This document shows positions 63,541 to 64,000 of a DNA stretch of 64,000 nt, one piece after another. Origin of the DNA: Naegleria gruberi (lineage: Eukaryota); NCBI GenBank assembly GCA_000004985.1, contig GG738890.1. One strand, 5' to 3'. Every line of letters starts with the position of its first letter. The first letter of the stretch is position 1. A program made the translations under genes and the position numbers. The notes under the pieces were generated by a model, which saw only the letters and a program-made list of their open reading frames with translations, made no database searches and had not been told where the DNA came from.

Positions 63541-64000
63541 GTTGGGTTTGGGTTTGGGTTTGGGTTTGGGTTTGGGTTTGGGTTTGGGTTTGGGTTTGGG
63601 TTTGGGTTTGGGTTTGGGTTTGGGTTTGGGTTTGGGTTTGGGTTTGGGTTTGGGTTTGGGTTTGGGTTTGGGTTTGGGTTTGGGTTTGGGTTGGGTTTGG
63701 GTTTGGGTTTGGGTTTGGGTTTGGGTTTGGGTTTGGGTTTGGGTTTGGGTTTGGGTTTGGGTTTGGGTTTGGGTTTGGGTTTGGGTTTGGGTTTGGGTTT
63801 GGGTTTGGGTTTGGGTTTGGGTTTGGGTTTGGGTTTGGGTTTGGGTTTGGGTTTGGGTTTGGGTTTGGGTTTGGGTTTGGGTTTGGGTTTGGGTTTGGGT
63901 TTGGGTTTGGGTTTGGGTTTGGGTTTGGGTTTGGGTTTGGGTTTGGGTTTGGGTTTGGGTTTGGGTTTGGGTTTGGGTTTGGGTTTGGGTTTGGGTTTGG
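63541..64000 (+). repeat. Telomere-like terminal tract (TTTGGG)n, G-rich strand 5'->3' toward the window end
   Basis: About 76 perfect hexamer repeats, with one variant unit at about 63688 (ttgggt). The tract runs to the last base of the window. Confidence 0.85.

Noticed and set aside
63541-64000. TTTGGG repeats suggested a ciliate (Paramecium-type) macronuclear chromosome
   Set aside because: Every long gene reads through in the standard code with TAA/TAG/TGA used as stops. Ciliate code reassignment would have fragmented these ORFs. The gene content and intron style are amoebozoan-like instead.
1-64000. Searched for prokaryotic-style systems (operons, CRISPR arrays, restriction or toxin modules, integrases)
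   Set aside because: I found no CRISPR-like spacer arrays, IS or transposase ORFs, or Shine-Dalgarno-linked gene strings. All features are consistent with a eukaryotic nuclear locus.

Overview
This window is an AT-rich, gene-dense stretch of eukaryotic nuclear DNA that runs up to a chromosome end. The genes are long and mostly intronless, with a few short GTAAGT...AG introns and poly-N/poly-Q/Ser-rich coding tracts. I take it to come from a dictyostelid-like amoebozoan. That rests on base composition, intron style and gene content (neurofibromin, 7TM-RGS receptor, BEACH, adhesion-GPCR-like protein, TRE-style tRNA context), not on any database hit. About 33 protein-coding genes are supported. 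The confidently identified ones are homogentisate 1,2-dioxygenase, PP2A methylesterase PPME1, NUDT14-like Nudix hydrolase, NEDD8-E2 Ubc12/UBE2M, an ABC-F ATPase, a neurofibromin (NF1) orthologue as a single 8.5-kb ORF, a BEACH-domain protein, a TGS1 cap hypermethylase with a degenerate paralogue nearby, a penicillin-amidase (Ntn-hydrolase) family protein, a PX-domain protein, a Myb factor, and two 7TM receptors that carry RGS domains. There are two identical tRNA-Val(AAC) genes in direct orientation. The window ends in a 2.9-kb assembly gap, a subtelomeric repeat and about 460 bp of (TTTGGG)n telomere-like repeat; a diverged copy of the subtelomeric repeat lies internally at about 21.4 kb. The most unusual observations are a giant EGF-array/GPS/7TM protein fused to a C-terminal RGS domain (with a recent internal tandem duplication), a C2-domain-syntaxin that lacks a TM anchor, an F-box protein fused to a degenerate Ras-like domain, a membrane-anchored penicillin-acylase homologue, and several loci whose reading frames are interrupted. 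No prokaryote-style operon or defence system is present; the window is eukaryotic.
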